Positions 18,401 through 26,715 of a stretch of DNA of 64,000 bases are shown piece by piece. The notes beneath the pieces were generated by a model. That model had not been told where the DNA came from, did no database searches, and saw only the letters and a list, made by a program, of their open reading frames with translations. The DNA lies in IMG/VR virus record IMGVR_UViG_3300050821_003647, positions 1-64,000 of that record; one strand, given 5' to 3'. Within the stretch, counting starts at the first letter, position 1; every line of letters begins with the position of its first letter. A program made the translations under genes and the position numbers. This DNA comes from a virus.

Positions 18401-18634
18401 CCATGGCTTACCATCTTTACCTTTACCCGAGCGCTTCGCCCCCTTAGGTGTCTCAATAGAAAGGTCCATCCCGTGCACGCGCACGTGACCCTTACGGTAA
18501 TTCCCCGCTTCTTTTTGGGCTTCTGTAGGTGCAACCGCCCCACCGGTTGCGAATGATCTCACTGCACCGGCTGAATTAATCAATGCCGAGGTGGGACCAT
18601 CACTCAGGGCGGCCAATCTCGTTTGGTCGCTCAT
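12407..18634 (-). CDS. giant (~2075 aa) internal virion / ejection protein, multidomain
   Basis: Uninterrupted 6.2-kb ORF in the gp16-like position. ATG at 18634 overlaps the upstream TAA (TAATG). N-terminal globular domain, then a ~700-aa P/G/E/T-rich region, then a C-terminal ~900-aa globular part. Confidence 0.85.
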   Translation of the reverse strand: MSDQTRLAALSDGPTSALINSAGAVRSFATGGAVAPTEAQKEAGNYRKGHVRVHGMDLSIETPKGAKRSGKGKDGKPWSVTMPAHYGYIRGTKGADGDHVDAYLGPHPGNPNVHVVDQVDAYTGKFDEHKALIGFQSRQHALDHYNRGFSDGRGKDRVGAVTTLPAHKFRSWVEKGRRTRPLGTLRVNRTQDDPYLAGISQNHCTLDIDKRVPKTMVVKGKSFDPVKYLAVHETDERKHMDVGMKYEPAHRLALKAERAAVEADGIDWNGYQEQMHKLAGITQKEKNPHPPSDLYKGPFTNAGQRKLTREGDSAPDVKKYAEGGEVEGGYEPLSDDEVQRMGLPPGGPGGGDYEPLSDEEVQQRGLNPNGPVEYNTAGEALKRGAQAVLPGLGSIPAMIGGAEVGSLGGPIGSLAGAAVGGIAANVSLRKIQDWFMDKLGISPDPEKAAAFQQEHPKLATAVDIAGSLVGMGTGGAAVTGVQRAAMAGGQAAIEAGSEYLHTGELDPSDIAMAAAAGAAFPGLNRVGEPLGQLGSRLAAKVGIRAGRPDMAKGSEPMKALPSPPDYTVSSEGEAAAYPGGDDQVFSQAAAPRPGTPRENTRPIYEMPREDWTDITRPGTRPPDNTAPGAENDIPTKTDENITADKSAATPAHAGYDPNSTLSTSHEMAPPRKDTNIGNPQSYPAGSERDYRTTTDSNVHPTSSGAGDHPTAETLDPTTGGISQEVMQALTQDNGPGRNTPPRGLKAADKRMQKSMRVPFSGEAANENVANAPQPGRPSVTNLTPDPFTSALVEQRAHKLPPDLEAITKWGRPKEEDEGQGPGMHPGTPSNEEMHGDTRDIYNEKPLPELEARRGGEPTEEELNGVPPTPENVRSFPSPKPQERQPGELYREVPPFKETQDAYWQGQDDYRAGNANKRWPPERDDMNAAYDRGMQDAMTASRKGQETTEEKFTGPLHDQIHPKDQKAQEAYQQGHKDVYAGESVYDYPGEKKYQYAYDRGRNDARRALRENKQPIGTEIPTHPNTGIVEGAVADTAAKLRERDLGAVADAVEKNPAIEPQARKILQDLTAKIEEHGAVSPEEMKRVTRIMDKIEKKENPQEGAAQAKRESLQQQANLGEETVAAESTKVAREKQFAAQAAQSAFDKFQPTNNKIPTTVVDQDLFKRRLSDALEHAQKENLGKDPLSPMPRKRTAAQEWLRAASKLVNAKRITPKMITDFMSNEQIARGGASGKEIREFNKVDADIATNKRRVIEDPIDTAMRQWTESLSPEDRAQWENEISNTSDPNGDEYQSETSAGKKSSLEDYDSQKSSGAEYYGGLLRDMFRDENASFNPQAFLASLRGVFGPKARLYAESYRAMEPEGTKHEYANSLDDGLNRVQKMEGGVWLDRQREAAAMPDAIKNNDEKIYLAHERDDIASLSSDEKAAYYQKLQPVFEHNDELFRNIEAIHPGLLGPKVENHIQRVPQGYHPDFGGDPIANVTAAKKRGLSTMTATLKHREFMALEDPQGNRTVISPTENGYAEWNNHIPAYRQNAAFEETPGVQFRDHNGVLQTVKDALTPEIEQHANFSNGQPAKYIKSAILSALATNAELRNTLARLQYLQSIKAELVARGMATPDAKVAERNGWKPSIAPQFKDLYMTDHVRAVLDDFTAPGLTSNEAWDRVRNLSEKVTKLMFIDPIFHLANVGTHWFTDRGWDWIKPEKLRVLASTSAQAIKSVLSQDTLQDTLHEHGFGGQYRGVLNQNRLQNIYTAAGHAIASNPSKWDPIARVMGMSAQDLGRAVYRASSKMMWAGNDMFLTQRVLERMHDGATMENAIMQSEKHFPNYRVPSYVIGANDWGRLASRMLRDNTLFAFGPYHYGVFNSYAHIVKDAVKGNGQERIDAAGKMFAMGLLAFAVYPALDKIARMATGNPDAEFRRRGPLTLPNHIVRAAQGKEDALNTGPQGTLTISPLAQGAMQQASNRDFAGRPINEPGDVTRVFQGPNRMQALGKVVTQRAASMAQNFISPYAMAMRAADNARGPISGFISQVADIKNPSPKAERYEREAAQINRQKALTRQQHGGLYPEEGLYNRLTR

Positions 18635-20541
18635 TACTGACCACCCCCTTGGGCGGGCCTCCATTCAACCGAGCCCGTAGCTTTGTTGCGTACCCATTGA
18701 CCACCGGGTGAAGTCCCTGCTGCTTGAGAGCCTGCACCAGCGCGGACTTGCGGCGCCTGCGTTGCGCCCTGTTGGGGGGCAAGTAACTCTTTGAGACTTG
18801 ATCCATTTCGCTTAAGGAAGGTATCTGCGTCATCTGGGGTCATTGTCCCTTTTAGGAGGCCATTAAGGACAGTATCCTTCTGGCGAGCCTTGATTTGATC
18901 AGCAGCCGTGCCCGCTTGCTGAAGCATTTTATCGTTAGCGGTTTTCGCTACCTGTAATGTGCGCTGATCATATGATTGTGCACGAGTATTCGCAATATCT
19001 TTCTGGCCTTGTGATCTAGTAGCCTCCACGTCTTCCCGGCTTTTCGCGCCAGTCTCTGCTACTTTTTCACGGCTCTGTGCACCAGTCTCTGCCACCCGTT
19101 CACGAGACCCACCAATAATTCCAGCGTATTGGGCACGGTTCATACCTTGCTGTTGGGCAACTGCTAATTCTTGCGCATATTTTGCTTTTGTCTGTACTTG
19201 CCCAGCAAGGAACTGCATACGTTGTCCTTGCTGTGAAGACCAAGGATACATTTGCCAAGATAAATTGAACATGGCTTGGTTTATCCCAAGGGCTTTCAGG
19301 TTGTCTGGAACTACACCGTGGACCCCATCGTCTTTAACGCCTTGCGAACTAGGATCAGCCCACTGATCGTGGTTTTCACTGGCTAGTTTAGCCAAAACAG
19401 CATTGGGATCACGGACAAGATCGTAAGGAAAACCGCTATTACCTCTAAGCAATTCCCGATATTGTGAGCCAGTCAGGTTCCAACGAACAGGATCACTACC
19501 ATCTGGATGAACTACCGTGGCGGTAACAGTGCCTTCTTGCCCTGGAGAAAAATGGATATTCTCACTAAGAGGTAGCGCCTTGAATGCGCGATTACCAGCA
19601 TCAATAGACGCCTGAAGGTTATTACCGTCAAACGCAGCGGCACCCCAAGCACGAATAGAATTATAGTTCGCCACCCGGTTCTGCATAAAACCAAGTGCCG
19701 CATCAGGGCCACCTTTATCATGAGCGTACTGTAACCCAGCTTCGCTTTCGCTAGGGTGTGACCCGTCAGGGTTTATTTTGTTTACAATCGCTCCCGCAGT
19801 ATTCTGGTCCATCATATGGCTGTTGAAAAGCTGTTCAGGATCACCACCGCTAACCTGTTGGGCATAATCAATAATCTCGTGCGAAAGTTTCCTTGCTACA
19901 TTTCCATACCCCCCAGGAAGGACATTGCTAGCGGCACCTACCGCCTTACCAATACCTTCGGTAATACCTTTTGGAGAAAATGGACTTTGCCGGGCTTGTT
20001 CCTCTTCGGTAGGTCCTTGCCCGCTAGTATCCCCTTGAGCATTTTCTTGGCGTGCAGAAGCAATCTTCCCTTGCTGCGCTGTCTTAAATGCCCCGCCAAG
20101 ACCAGACTTATTAAGTGCATCCTCGCGAGTATTCAGGGCTTGTTCATTAGGCGTAAATGGACCTTGTTGTGGCCCACTTGTACCAGTCTGACCACCGCCA
20201 CTATCCATCATGGAACTAGGCGTCTCGTCAGTGCTCTGATTTGAACCCACGCCGGGAAGCGCCGGTTGACCACTATCAACCTCGCCACCGTCTTCAAACC
20301 CACGACCAATATTGTTGTATCCTGCTTGGTCTGCCAAATCACCGCTATCCGGTGGAGGGGGTGGATTATATCCCATCATATTCTTGAACCTATTACCCAG
20401 ATTTACCGCCGCATCGCCAAGACTAAGGGCGCCCCCGCTTTGAAACAGCGGCTTAACATATTGGGACAAATCCGTTGGGTCGGAAATTGCATCCTCTTTA
20501 TGGACAACATTTTCGGACTGGCTGTCATCATTGAGTTTCAT
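18634..20541 (-). CDS. internal virion protein (gp15-like position)
   Basis: 635-aa ORF with a Q/G-rich N-terminus, located between the gp14-like gene and the giant gene. Confidence 0.65.
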   Translation of the reverse strand: MKLNDDSQSENVVHKEDAISDPTDLSQYVKPLFQSGGALSLGDAAVNLGNRFKNMMGYNPPPPPDSGDLADQAGYNNIGRGFEDGGEVDSGQPALPGVGSNQSTDETPSSMMDSGGGQTGTSGPQQGPFTPNEQALNTREDALNKSGLGGAFKTAQQGKIASARQENAQGDTSGQGPTEEEQARQSPFSPKGITEGIGKAVGAASNVLPGGYGNVARKLSHEIIDYAQQVSGGDPEQLFNSHMMDQNTAGAIVNKINPDGSHPSESEAGLQYAHDKGGPDAALGFMQNRVANYNSIRAWGAAAFDGNNLQASIDAGNRAFKALPLSENIHFSPGQEGTVTATVVHPDGSDPVRWNLTGSQYRELLRGNSGFPYDLVRDPNAVLAKLASENHDQWADPSSQGVKDDGVHGVVPDNLKALGINQAMFNLSWQMYPWSSQQGQRMQFLAGQVQTKAKYAQELAVAQQQGMNRAQYAGIIGGSRERVAETGAQSREKVAETGAKSREDVEATRSQGQKDIANTRAQSYDQRTLQVAKTANDKMLQQAGTAADQIKARQKDTVLNGLLKGTMTPDDADTFLKRNGSSLKELLAPQQGATQAPQVRAGAGSQAAGTSPGGQWVRNKATGSVEWRPAQGGGQ

Positions 20542-20545
20542 CGGA

Positions 20546-22000
20546 TTACCTACTCATAGGGATGGCGCCCCCGCGGGCTTTCCGGTTGATATCGTCAAAG
20601 AACTTACGTCCGTGTTTTGCCACCGCTGCACGCGTCATTACGTGCTCACCGGCATTGAGGCGCACAGGTTCATTGGTCTGATTAACCCGAGCCCGGATAT
20701 CATCCACTTTGCGTCCACGACTAGGACTTTTAGAAACTGGAATAGCGCCACCTTCAGCATAACCGCTATCACCTGAGGTATCAACAAATGGCTGATCTCC
20801 ACTGGTGTCAAACGAAGGTTGAGAACTAGTATCCGAGGAACTCGTATCCATTGGAAGCGTACTACCGCTGCTATCGTTAGCGAAATTACCCATATCTTGG
20901 GAATACTGATCTTGTGGCAACGCGCCTTGATCGAACCCAGGCGTTGGTTGATAAGTTTCACCAGCATTGGGATCAACAGGAGACCCGCCATATTGGCTAG
21001 CATCATATACACCAGACTGATCCGCAGAAGGCTGATCACCAAGCTGCATAATACCGCCGTTACTACCACTCATTTTTGCATTTTGCTGCTGCTGTGCAAA
21101 GCCTTCCCTTTGTAGTTCAACGTCCATTGCATTAGGACCTTGAGTGTCTTGCTGATCGGGCGAACTAAGTCCTTGACTACCACCAAATGCAGGGCGCCAT
21201 GTATTATCCGCGGAATAGGTTCTACTACCCCCACCGCTCCCACTGTTACTTCCCCCACCACCTGGATTAGGGAAAGGCGGATACGACTGCGCCTGATGTA
21301 GCTGTTGAGCAACCGCCCCATGTTGTGTGGGCGAACCCAACATATTCACGCCTTCTTGGGCGTTTGCCAGTTTCGCATTCTCACCGGCGGTAGCAGCCCC
21401 CTCCGCAGCGTTATAGGCCGCAGTAGCTTGGCTAGGCATAACGGAACCCAACTGTAGCGCTTCACTCCGTAGACCACGCCCCGTGGCTTCTGTCGCCTGT
21501 TCTGCTTGAAACCCTGCACCCGCCTGCGCCGCAGCGGCCTGGGTCCTCTCCGCGGCATCCAAAGCCGCATATCGACCGCTTGATGGGTCAATACCGAATG
21601 ATTGAAGATCGGCCAGCGCAGCGTTACGCGCACCATTAAATTGCTGTGCAACGCCGCTTTCAGCAGCGCCCATAGCTTGCTGAATACGCGCTTGCGAGGA
21701 GTAATTGTTGGCATCGGTCACCAATTGCTGGTACTCAGGCGCAAAAAGCGACTGATATTGAGACATTAGCTGATTGCCAGCGCCTGTCAACTGGCCGTAT
21801 AAACTCATCAAGTTGCCAACGACCTGATCAGTAAGCTGACTATTTTGCTGGAATTGAGCCTGCCCCCACGCGTACTGCTGCTGCATAAGCTGCTCAGCGT
21901 ACTGGGAAACCGCAGTTAGTCCGGATGTAGTGCTACCAGGAGGTACCCCCGGCCCACGCCCCACATTTGGATCGTACACCGTTGAAAAATTGAAAGCCAT
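20546..22000 (-). CDS. internal virion protein (gp14-like position), Q/A/G-rich
   Basis: 484-aa ORF with helical Q-rich repeats and C-terminal GYAEGGAIPV / KARGGAIPMSR motifs. Confidence 0.65.
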   Translation of the reverse strand: MAFNFSTVYDPNVGRGPGVPPGSTTSGLTAVSQYAEQLMQQQYAWGQAQFQQNSQLTDQVVGNLMSLYGQLTGAGNQLMSQYQSLFAPEYQQLVTDANNYSSQARIQQAMGAAESGVAQQFNGARNAALADLQSFGIDPSSGRYAALDAAERTQAAAAQAGAGFQAEQATEATGRGLRSEALQLGSVMPSQATAAYNAAEGAATAGENAKLANAQEGVNMLGSPTQHGAVAQQLHQAQSYPPFPNPGGGGSNSGSGGGSRTYSADNTWRPAFGGSQGLSSPDQQDTQGPNAMDVELQREGFAQQQQNAKMSGSNGGIMQLGDQPSADQSGVYDASQYGGSPVDPNAGETYQPTPGFDQGALPQDQYSQDMGNFANDSSGSTLPMDTSSSDTSSQPSFDTSGDQPFVDTSGDSGYAEGGAIPVSKSPSRGRKVDDIRARVNQTNEPVRLNAGEHVMTRAAVAKHGRKFFDDINRKARGGAIPMSR

Positions 22001-22064
22001 TGGTTTACCTTTTGCGCCGGGAGCACAGTCCCATTGAGCAATAGACTGAAAGGGTAAACTTTCT

Positions 22065-22556
22065 CTATTTCCAGACGTAGGACTGGACTTTAACTAATCC
22101 AGCATTGATCGGGTTCGCTGCTATAGCATCAGCCACACTTTTAGTTAAATAGAACCCGCCGGCATATGTTACCGTTCCAGGTCCAGAAGGGTCCGGCTCT
22201 TTCCATATCATGACCTTAACCATAGGAAACGGCGGGTTAAATGGGTGATCTCGCCCTACATATCCAGGAGGACTATCTCCATGCCCTACCACTAGCGGTG
22301 TTATGATAGGGTCAGGAGAAGGCCCGCTTTCACCAAAATCTAAACATGGAGAGCCATAAGGCCAATTGAATGATCTTTTCGCACCTGGAGGTTGAAAAGG
22401 ACTAATTCCTAATCCGTCACCACCTAACAAGCATACATAAACTGTGGACGGATATCCAGGAGGTATAGCACTAACAGGAAAATGTATTGCAGTTATTTTA
22501 CTAAAAGGTCCAAGTGTACTGGGAGTAATACTTATCGTCACAACTTCCACTCCCAA
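22065..22556 (-). CDS. hypothetical tail-module protein
   Basis: ORF without an early ATG. Probably starts at GTG 22541 (GTGA overlap) or at GTG/TTG further upstream. Confidence 0.55.
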   Translation of the reverse strand: MGVEVVTISITPSTLGPFSKITAIHFPVSAIPPGYPSTVYVCLLGGDGLGISPFQPPGAKRSFNWPYGSPCLDFGESGPSPDPIITPLVVGHGDSPPGYVGRDHPFNPPFPMVKVMIWKEPDPSGPGTVTYAGGFYLTKSVADAIAANPINAGLVKVQSYVWK

Positions 22557-22963
22557 GTCTCGCCAGTGACGTTATCTTTCATAACCAAGCCAGTAATCTG
22601 CTGATATGTCAAAGTAGCCCCACTATTACTGTCTTTAACTGTTACTGTTGATTTAGTCCGTGATTGTTCTGTAAACCGCCCCGTCTGTCCTTTTTGCTGA
22701 GGCTTCTTATCTTGGGGGTTAGGTTTATTACTAAACTGCTGTTTAGGTGACTGAAACGAGTTACGGCCTCCACCTTGGTTCTCATTATTAGGAAAAGGAA
22801 TTTGCCCTGCAAGCCGACGAGTAGTCTCAACCAACGCACTCATAGTCGATGCCAAACCTTCAGGCGTCCCATCATATGCAGGGATAGCCGGCAATTGAGG
22901 CGCAGCAGGTTGGTCAGTGCTCTGTCCTTGGTCACCTGTTAGAAAAATGCTAGGCTGCGTCAT
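22538..22963 (-). CDS. hypothetical tail-module protein (disordered Q/P-rich N-terminal half)
   Basis: ORF with a GAGGGA SD. Confidence 0.6.
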   Translation of the reverse strand: MTQPSIFLTGDQGQSTDQPAAPQLPAIPAYDGTPEGLASTMSALVETTRRLAGQIPFPNNENQGGGRNSFQSPKQQFSNKPNPQDKKPQQKGQTGRFTEQSRTKSTVTVKDSNSGATLTYQQITGLVMKDNVTGETWEWKL

Positions 22964-22970
22964 TAATCCC

Positions 22971-25900
22971 TCACTTCATGAGCCCTAGCTCTTTTACCGT
23001 GGTCGCCATTTTCATATTTGTAACCGACACGACGCCTTCGATTTCAAGTTGCCACGTCGAATATTTCTGTGCAGCAGCAACACGCATTAATTCCTCAGAA
23101 GTGCGAATTTCGCGTTCTGTAATATACAAACCATCAGCTATAACCCGTACCACCCCAAACATACCGGGCACATAACTCATTTGTGCAACCGTCGCAGGAT
23201 GCTCTTTAAATGGGACAGTAGTGCGTTGAGATGGAGGCGATTGTGGGCCTCCAGGAGGAATGTCGAACCAAAGCCTGAACGCTGCGAAGTTTTCTTTGTG
23301 CGGTCCTTGAAATTTCTTGGATCGCCAAAGGAACGGTGTAATTGCGGGCGATTGGTCGGTGAAGTCGTAGTAATAGATGCCACCTCCTGCAACCAAGAAT
23401 GCAACGCCACTCCAAGGATCAGAAAGAACATTATCAATGTTAAGAGAAATTGGGCTAGTGAGAGGACTAAAACCAATCCTATGGCCACCAACTTGAGGCC
23501 AAAGAGTGAAGCTATTTCGATCAGCTTCACTAAGTTCAAGTGTGAAACCTTGTTGAGCAACTGAGTTATCCACTTGCCCATTTGTCACTCCCGTAGAAGC
23601 AAACGCGAAATACGTGCTCACATTCTTGACGGCACGGATAAACTTCTGTGGGGTGAACTTATCCCACTGCTCCCTGGTAAACCAACTTTGAGTTATATTC
23701 CCTACAGTACCAGCGCCTCCCACCTTTATAAGTCCGTTGGCACTAGCGTAATAAACCCCGTTGTCAGTAGAGAGCACGCTACCTCGCGAGATACACGGCT
23801 CTGGCAGAGGAATACGCGCCTGCGTAATGGTGGTAGGGTTTACACCCGTAAATGTCTGAGGGTTCTTTACCGTGGCTGCTACAAGCGTTATACCGGTTAC
23901 ACCTAACCCCACGATAGGGTAGTCCGTGGTAACAACATACTGTGATGGCCATGCATGAGGCCGATAAGGTTCGCAGAACCACACCTCATTTCCTACAAAT
24001 CCGGCCATCATCCCGTTAGGCATCGAGACAAAGCCCTGGAGAGTAGCCGGTGGACCGAACCAGTTTGTCGAGGGTAGGATGAGATTACCTGCAACCACAT
24101 CGTCTGTAACCGCATCGATAAATGTCGTAGCTGTTGCAGCGACTGACCCCACAAAGAAGAATACCGTTCCGCCCTGGACCGAAGCCATGGTGCGGTAAAT
24201 ATTGGCTTTGACGATATTACGTAAGGTGCCCATATCTTGTGCGAGGGGCGGCTGTAACCCAACAACCCACGTCGAGTTGACAAAGGACGTGAGGATTGCT
24301 GGAGGGCTCGGCGGACCTTCTTCATTGTACGCGGTGACCCACGTGTACACATACGCTCTTGTCTCCTGTAATGCTTGGCTCCCTGGAGCCACGTCTGCCC
24401 ACAACTGCAAATCAGGATAATTTGCTGTCATAGCAGGCGCTTGTGGTGCTCCTGTTGCCGGATCAGTCGGATAAACTACCGATCCGCCAGACACAGTAAA
24501 GGTTCCGGAAAAACCTTGGGTCCCGGTGTCAGATAACTGAAATTGAAGTCCTACGGGGGAAACCCCAGATGGCTGTCCTACGCAAACCACTCCAATCCAA
24601 TACTGGGTATTCGGTAACAAAGTGGGAGGCACAGTAAATGCAGATACAACTGTAAGGGGAGAACTAAGCGGCCCCGTAGGAAGTTGCGGAGTACCAAAAG
24701 AAATAACATCTCCTGGATTACCAGAAGAATTAGATGCACAAAGAATACCAAATAATGAAAATCCTACTCCAGCCGGTAACTGAGCAACCATAAAGCTAAT
24801 GTCATTAAGTGCTACTTGTACAGTAGTGGAAACTGGGTAGAGAATAACAGTCGGGTTACCAGGAGGAACATTCTGGGTATTAGAATTAGATGATCCTGGG
24901 AACCCGATCTGTGTCGGTGTCCCACCACCGATAATAGACAAAGCTGGCGCAATTGGCGGCGCTGGCACTCCAAGGTAAAAAGCGGGGAGGGACCGTGATA
25001 TACGGTCGTAAGTGTTGTACTGCGGGGGCACAGACGGGCTCGCAAAGTAGTACCTCTGAAACGTGTCGTCCACCACCGGTGTTCTCAATACATCCGTGTC
25101 CTGGTCCAGGAATTCTAACCATGTCGATGCTCCTGTGAACGTGGTGTCAGAAGTCTGGTTTGCACCACCAGTAAATGTCGCCCCGGCCCAAGACAACCGT
25201 GCACCTCCGGTGCTTTCGGCAACCGGCGTCTTATTAAACGCCGTGCCGTAGGCCGGGGCTTGCAGCGTAATTACCGTCCCGGTAATATTGTTGAATGGAT
25301 CATTAGAGTTCAACGTCGAAGACGTACCCCATATCTGCCAATTCGGCTGACCGAGATTATATCTCGTTTGCAAAGAGCCAACGGTCGTACCTCCGGTTGT
25401 CACCCCACTAATAGAGGTTGTTTGGAAGGGGTTCGGGGGACCGTTGGTGTACTTGTTCGAATTGGAAACAGCGATCGTACCATTGCTTGATAACTGAAGC
25501 GGGATCGCGGTATCCATGATGAAGCCAAGCCAGTATGTCCGGCCAGCCTGGAGTGTAAGCGGTATAGCTAGAACGCTGGAAACAGTCGTTCCAGCAGTGC
25601 ATCCAACCACTTCACTACCCGTACCCAGAAGCGAGGACGGGATGTTGACATATGCCGTGCCGGCCGTGTTGATCGTGTTGACGTTGTCATAGATCACCCC
25701 CTTGAACTTGGCACCGCCAACCGTGGCCTGCGGCACACAGTTGATAGCGCTAACATTCATAGTCGCGTATGGGGTAACCGGAATAAGGACAATAGTGTTA
25801 GCCCCGGGCGTATTTGTGGTGCCCTGGAGCGCAAATGGGAAGCCGACAAATGGGTTAGCACTAGTCGAAGCAGGATTTGCAGGAGTATTATTCCCTACAA

Positions 25901-26258
25901 CTGCTATGTCAGAAGAACCTGTATTTATAGCTTGGAATAGGGCTTGGGCAGACTTAGTAGCAGTACCGCCCAGTAACACATCGTATGGGTTTGTAGGTGT
26001 ATTCACAAATTTATAGGTTATTTCACCCACTGTCACCGTATCATTGGCAAGTGGATTACCCAGAAAAGTAAGAATATCCTGGGCTATACCCTGAGTTATT
26101 GTGGGGATACGGTAAGCAGACTTAGCAGCCGAGTTAGTGAGGGCACGCAGTAACTTTGGTTTTCTCCACCCTATAATGGCCCCGGAGTAAAGATATGTAT
26201 TTTGGCAAAAAGAAGCCTGATCTTCCGGGAGAAATCTACTATCCCAGGCGGGCAACAT
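22971..26258 (-). CDS. large tail (nozzle / tubular-B-like position) protein
   Basis: ~1095 aa, beta-rich. ATG at 26258 lies 20 nt after the HNH stop and avoids the 62-nt overlap implied by the longest ORF. Confidence 0.7.
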   Translation of the reverse strand: MLPAWDSRFLPEDQASFCQNTYLYSGAIIGWRKPKLLRALTNSAAKSAYRIPTITQGIAQDILTFLGNPLANDTVTVGEITYKFVNTPTNPYDVLLGGTATKSAQALFQAINTGSSDIAVVGNNTPANPASTSANPFVGFPFALQGTTNTPGANTIVLIPVTPYATMNVSAINCVPQATVGGAKFKGVIYDNVNTINTAGTAYVNIPSSLLGTGSEVVGCTAGTTVSSVLAIPLTLQAGRTYWLGFIMDTAIPLQLSSNGTIAVSNSNKYTNGPPNPFQTTSISGVTTGGTTVGSLQTRYNLGQPNWQIWGTSSTLNSNDPFNNITGTVITLQAPAYGTAFNKTPVAESTGGARLSWAGATFTGGANQTSDTTFTGASTWLEFLDQDTDVLRTPVVDDTFQRYYFASPSVPPQYNTYDRISRSLPAFYLGVPAPPIAPALSIIGGGTPTQIGFPGSSNSNTQNVPPGNPTVILYPVSTTVQVALNDISFMVAQLPAGVGFSLFGILCASNSSGNPGDVISFGTPQLPTGPLSSPLTVVSAFTVPPTLLPNTQYWIGVVCVGQPSGVSPVGLQFQLSDTGTQGFSGTFTVSGGSVVYPTDPATGAPQAPAMTANYPDLQLWADVAPGSQALQETRAYVYTWVTAYNEEGPPSPPAILTSFVNSTWVVGLQPPLAQDMGTLRNIVKANIYRTMASVQGGTVFFFVGSVAATATTFIDAVTDDVVAGNLILPSTNWFGPPATLQGFVSMPNGMMAGFVGNEVWFCEPYRPHAWPSQYVVTTDYPIVGLGVTGITLVAATVKNPQTFTGVNPTTITQARIPLPEPCISRGSVLSTDNGVYYASANGLIKVGGAGTVGNITQSWFTREQWDKFTPQKFIRAVKNVSTYFAFASTGVTNGQVDNSVAQQGFTLELSEADRNSFTLWPQVGGHRIGFSPLTSPISLNIDNVLSDPWSGVAFLVAGGGIYYYDFTDQSPAITPFLWRSKKFQGPHKENFAAFRLWFDIPPGGPQSPPSQRTTVPFKEHPATVAQMSYVPGMFGVVRVIADGLYITEREIRTSEELMRVAAAQKYSTWQLEIEGVVSVTNMKMATTVKELGLMK

Positions 26259-26277
26259 TCCACCGCCCTTGTCGATC

Positions 26278-26715
26278 CTAATTCCTCCCACGATGTTTCT
26301 CCACATAATCTGCAAGAGAACGAAGCCGTTCTGGATCATCTTTAGCGTGACCTAGCGTCATATTACATGGGCCACATAAAATACCTCTAACTTTACCAGT
26401 CACATGATCATGGTCTGTATGCCAATATCCGTTACCAAAAGGTTCTATTGACGGACAAGACGCACAACGACATCCTTGAGCCGCAAACATGTCAGCCCAT
26501 TCTATTTCTGTAATTCTATAAAGTTTCCATAGATCATACCGGCGATGGCCGCCTCCACGCAATCGCTCAGTTCGTTTCAATCTAGATTTTGCACGGCTCG
26601 GTTCGGCTAATATAACCGCCTTATTTTCTGCGTATCGCTTACGTTTATATGCCTTACGCTTTTCTCTAGCATGTCCAGGCGCAGGATATTTACGAACTTG
26701 GGGTTTTCTGGCCAT
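26278..26715 (-). CDS. HNH endonuclease, endonuclease VII type
   Basis: CASCPS..HTDHDHVTGKVRGILCGPCNMTLG. Paralogous to 49133..49474. Confidence 0.85.
   Translation of the reverse strand: MARKPQVRKYPAPGHAREKRKAYKRKRYAENKAVILAEPSRAKSRLKRTERLRGGGHRRYDLWKLYRITEIEWADMFAAQGCRCASCPSIEPFGNGYWHTDHDHVTGKVRGILCGPCNMTLGHAKDDPERLRSLADYVEKHRGRN

Noticed and set aside
17618-18556. 312-aa + strand ORF, with many other 60-160-aa antisense ORFs (12455-18447), inside the giant gene
   Set aside because: They lie antisense to an uninterrupted 6.2-kb ORF, have no SD sequences and have low-complexity Leu/Ser/Arg-rich composition typical of shadow frames.
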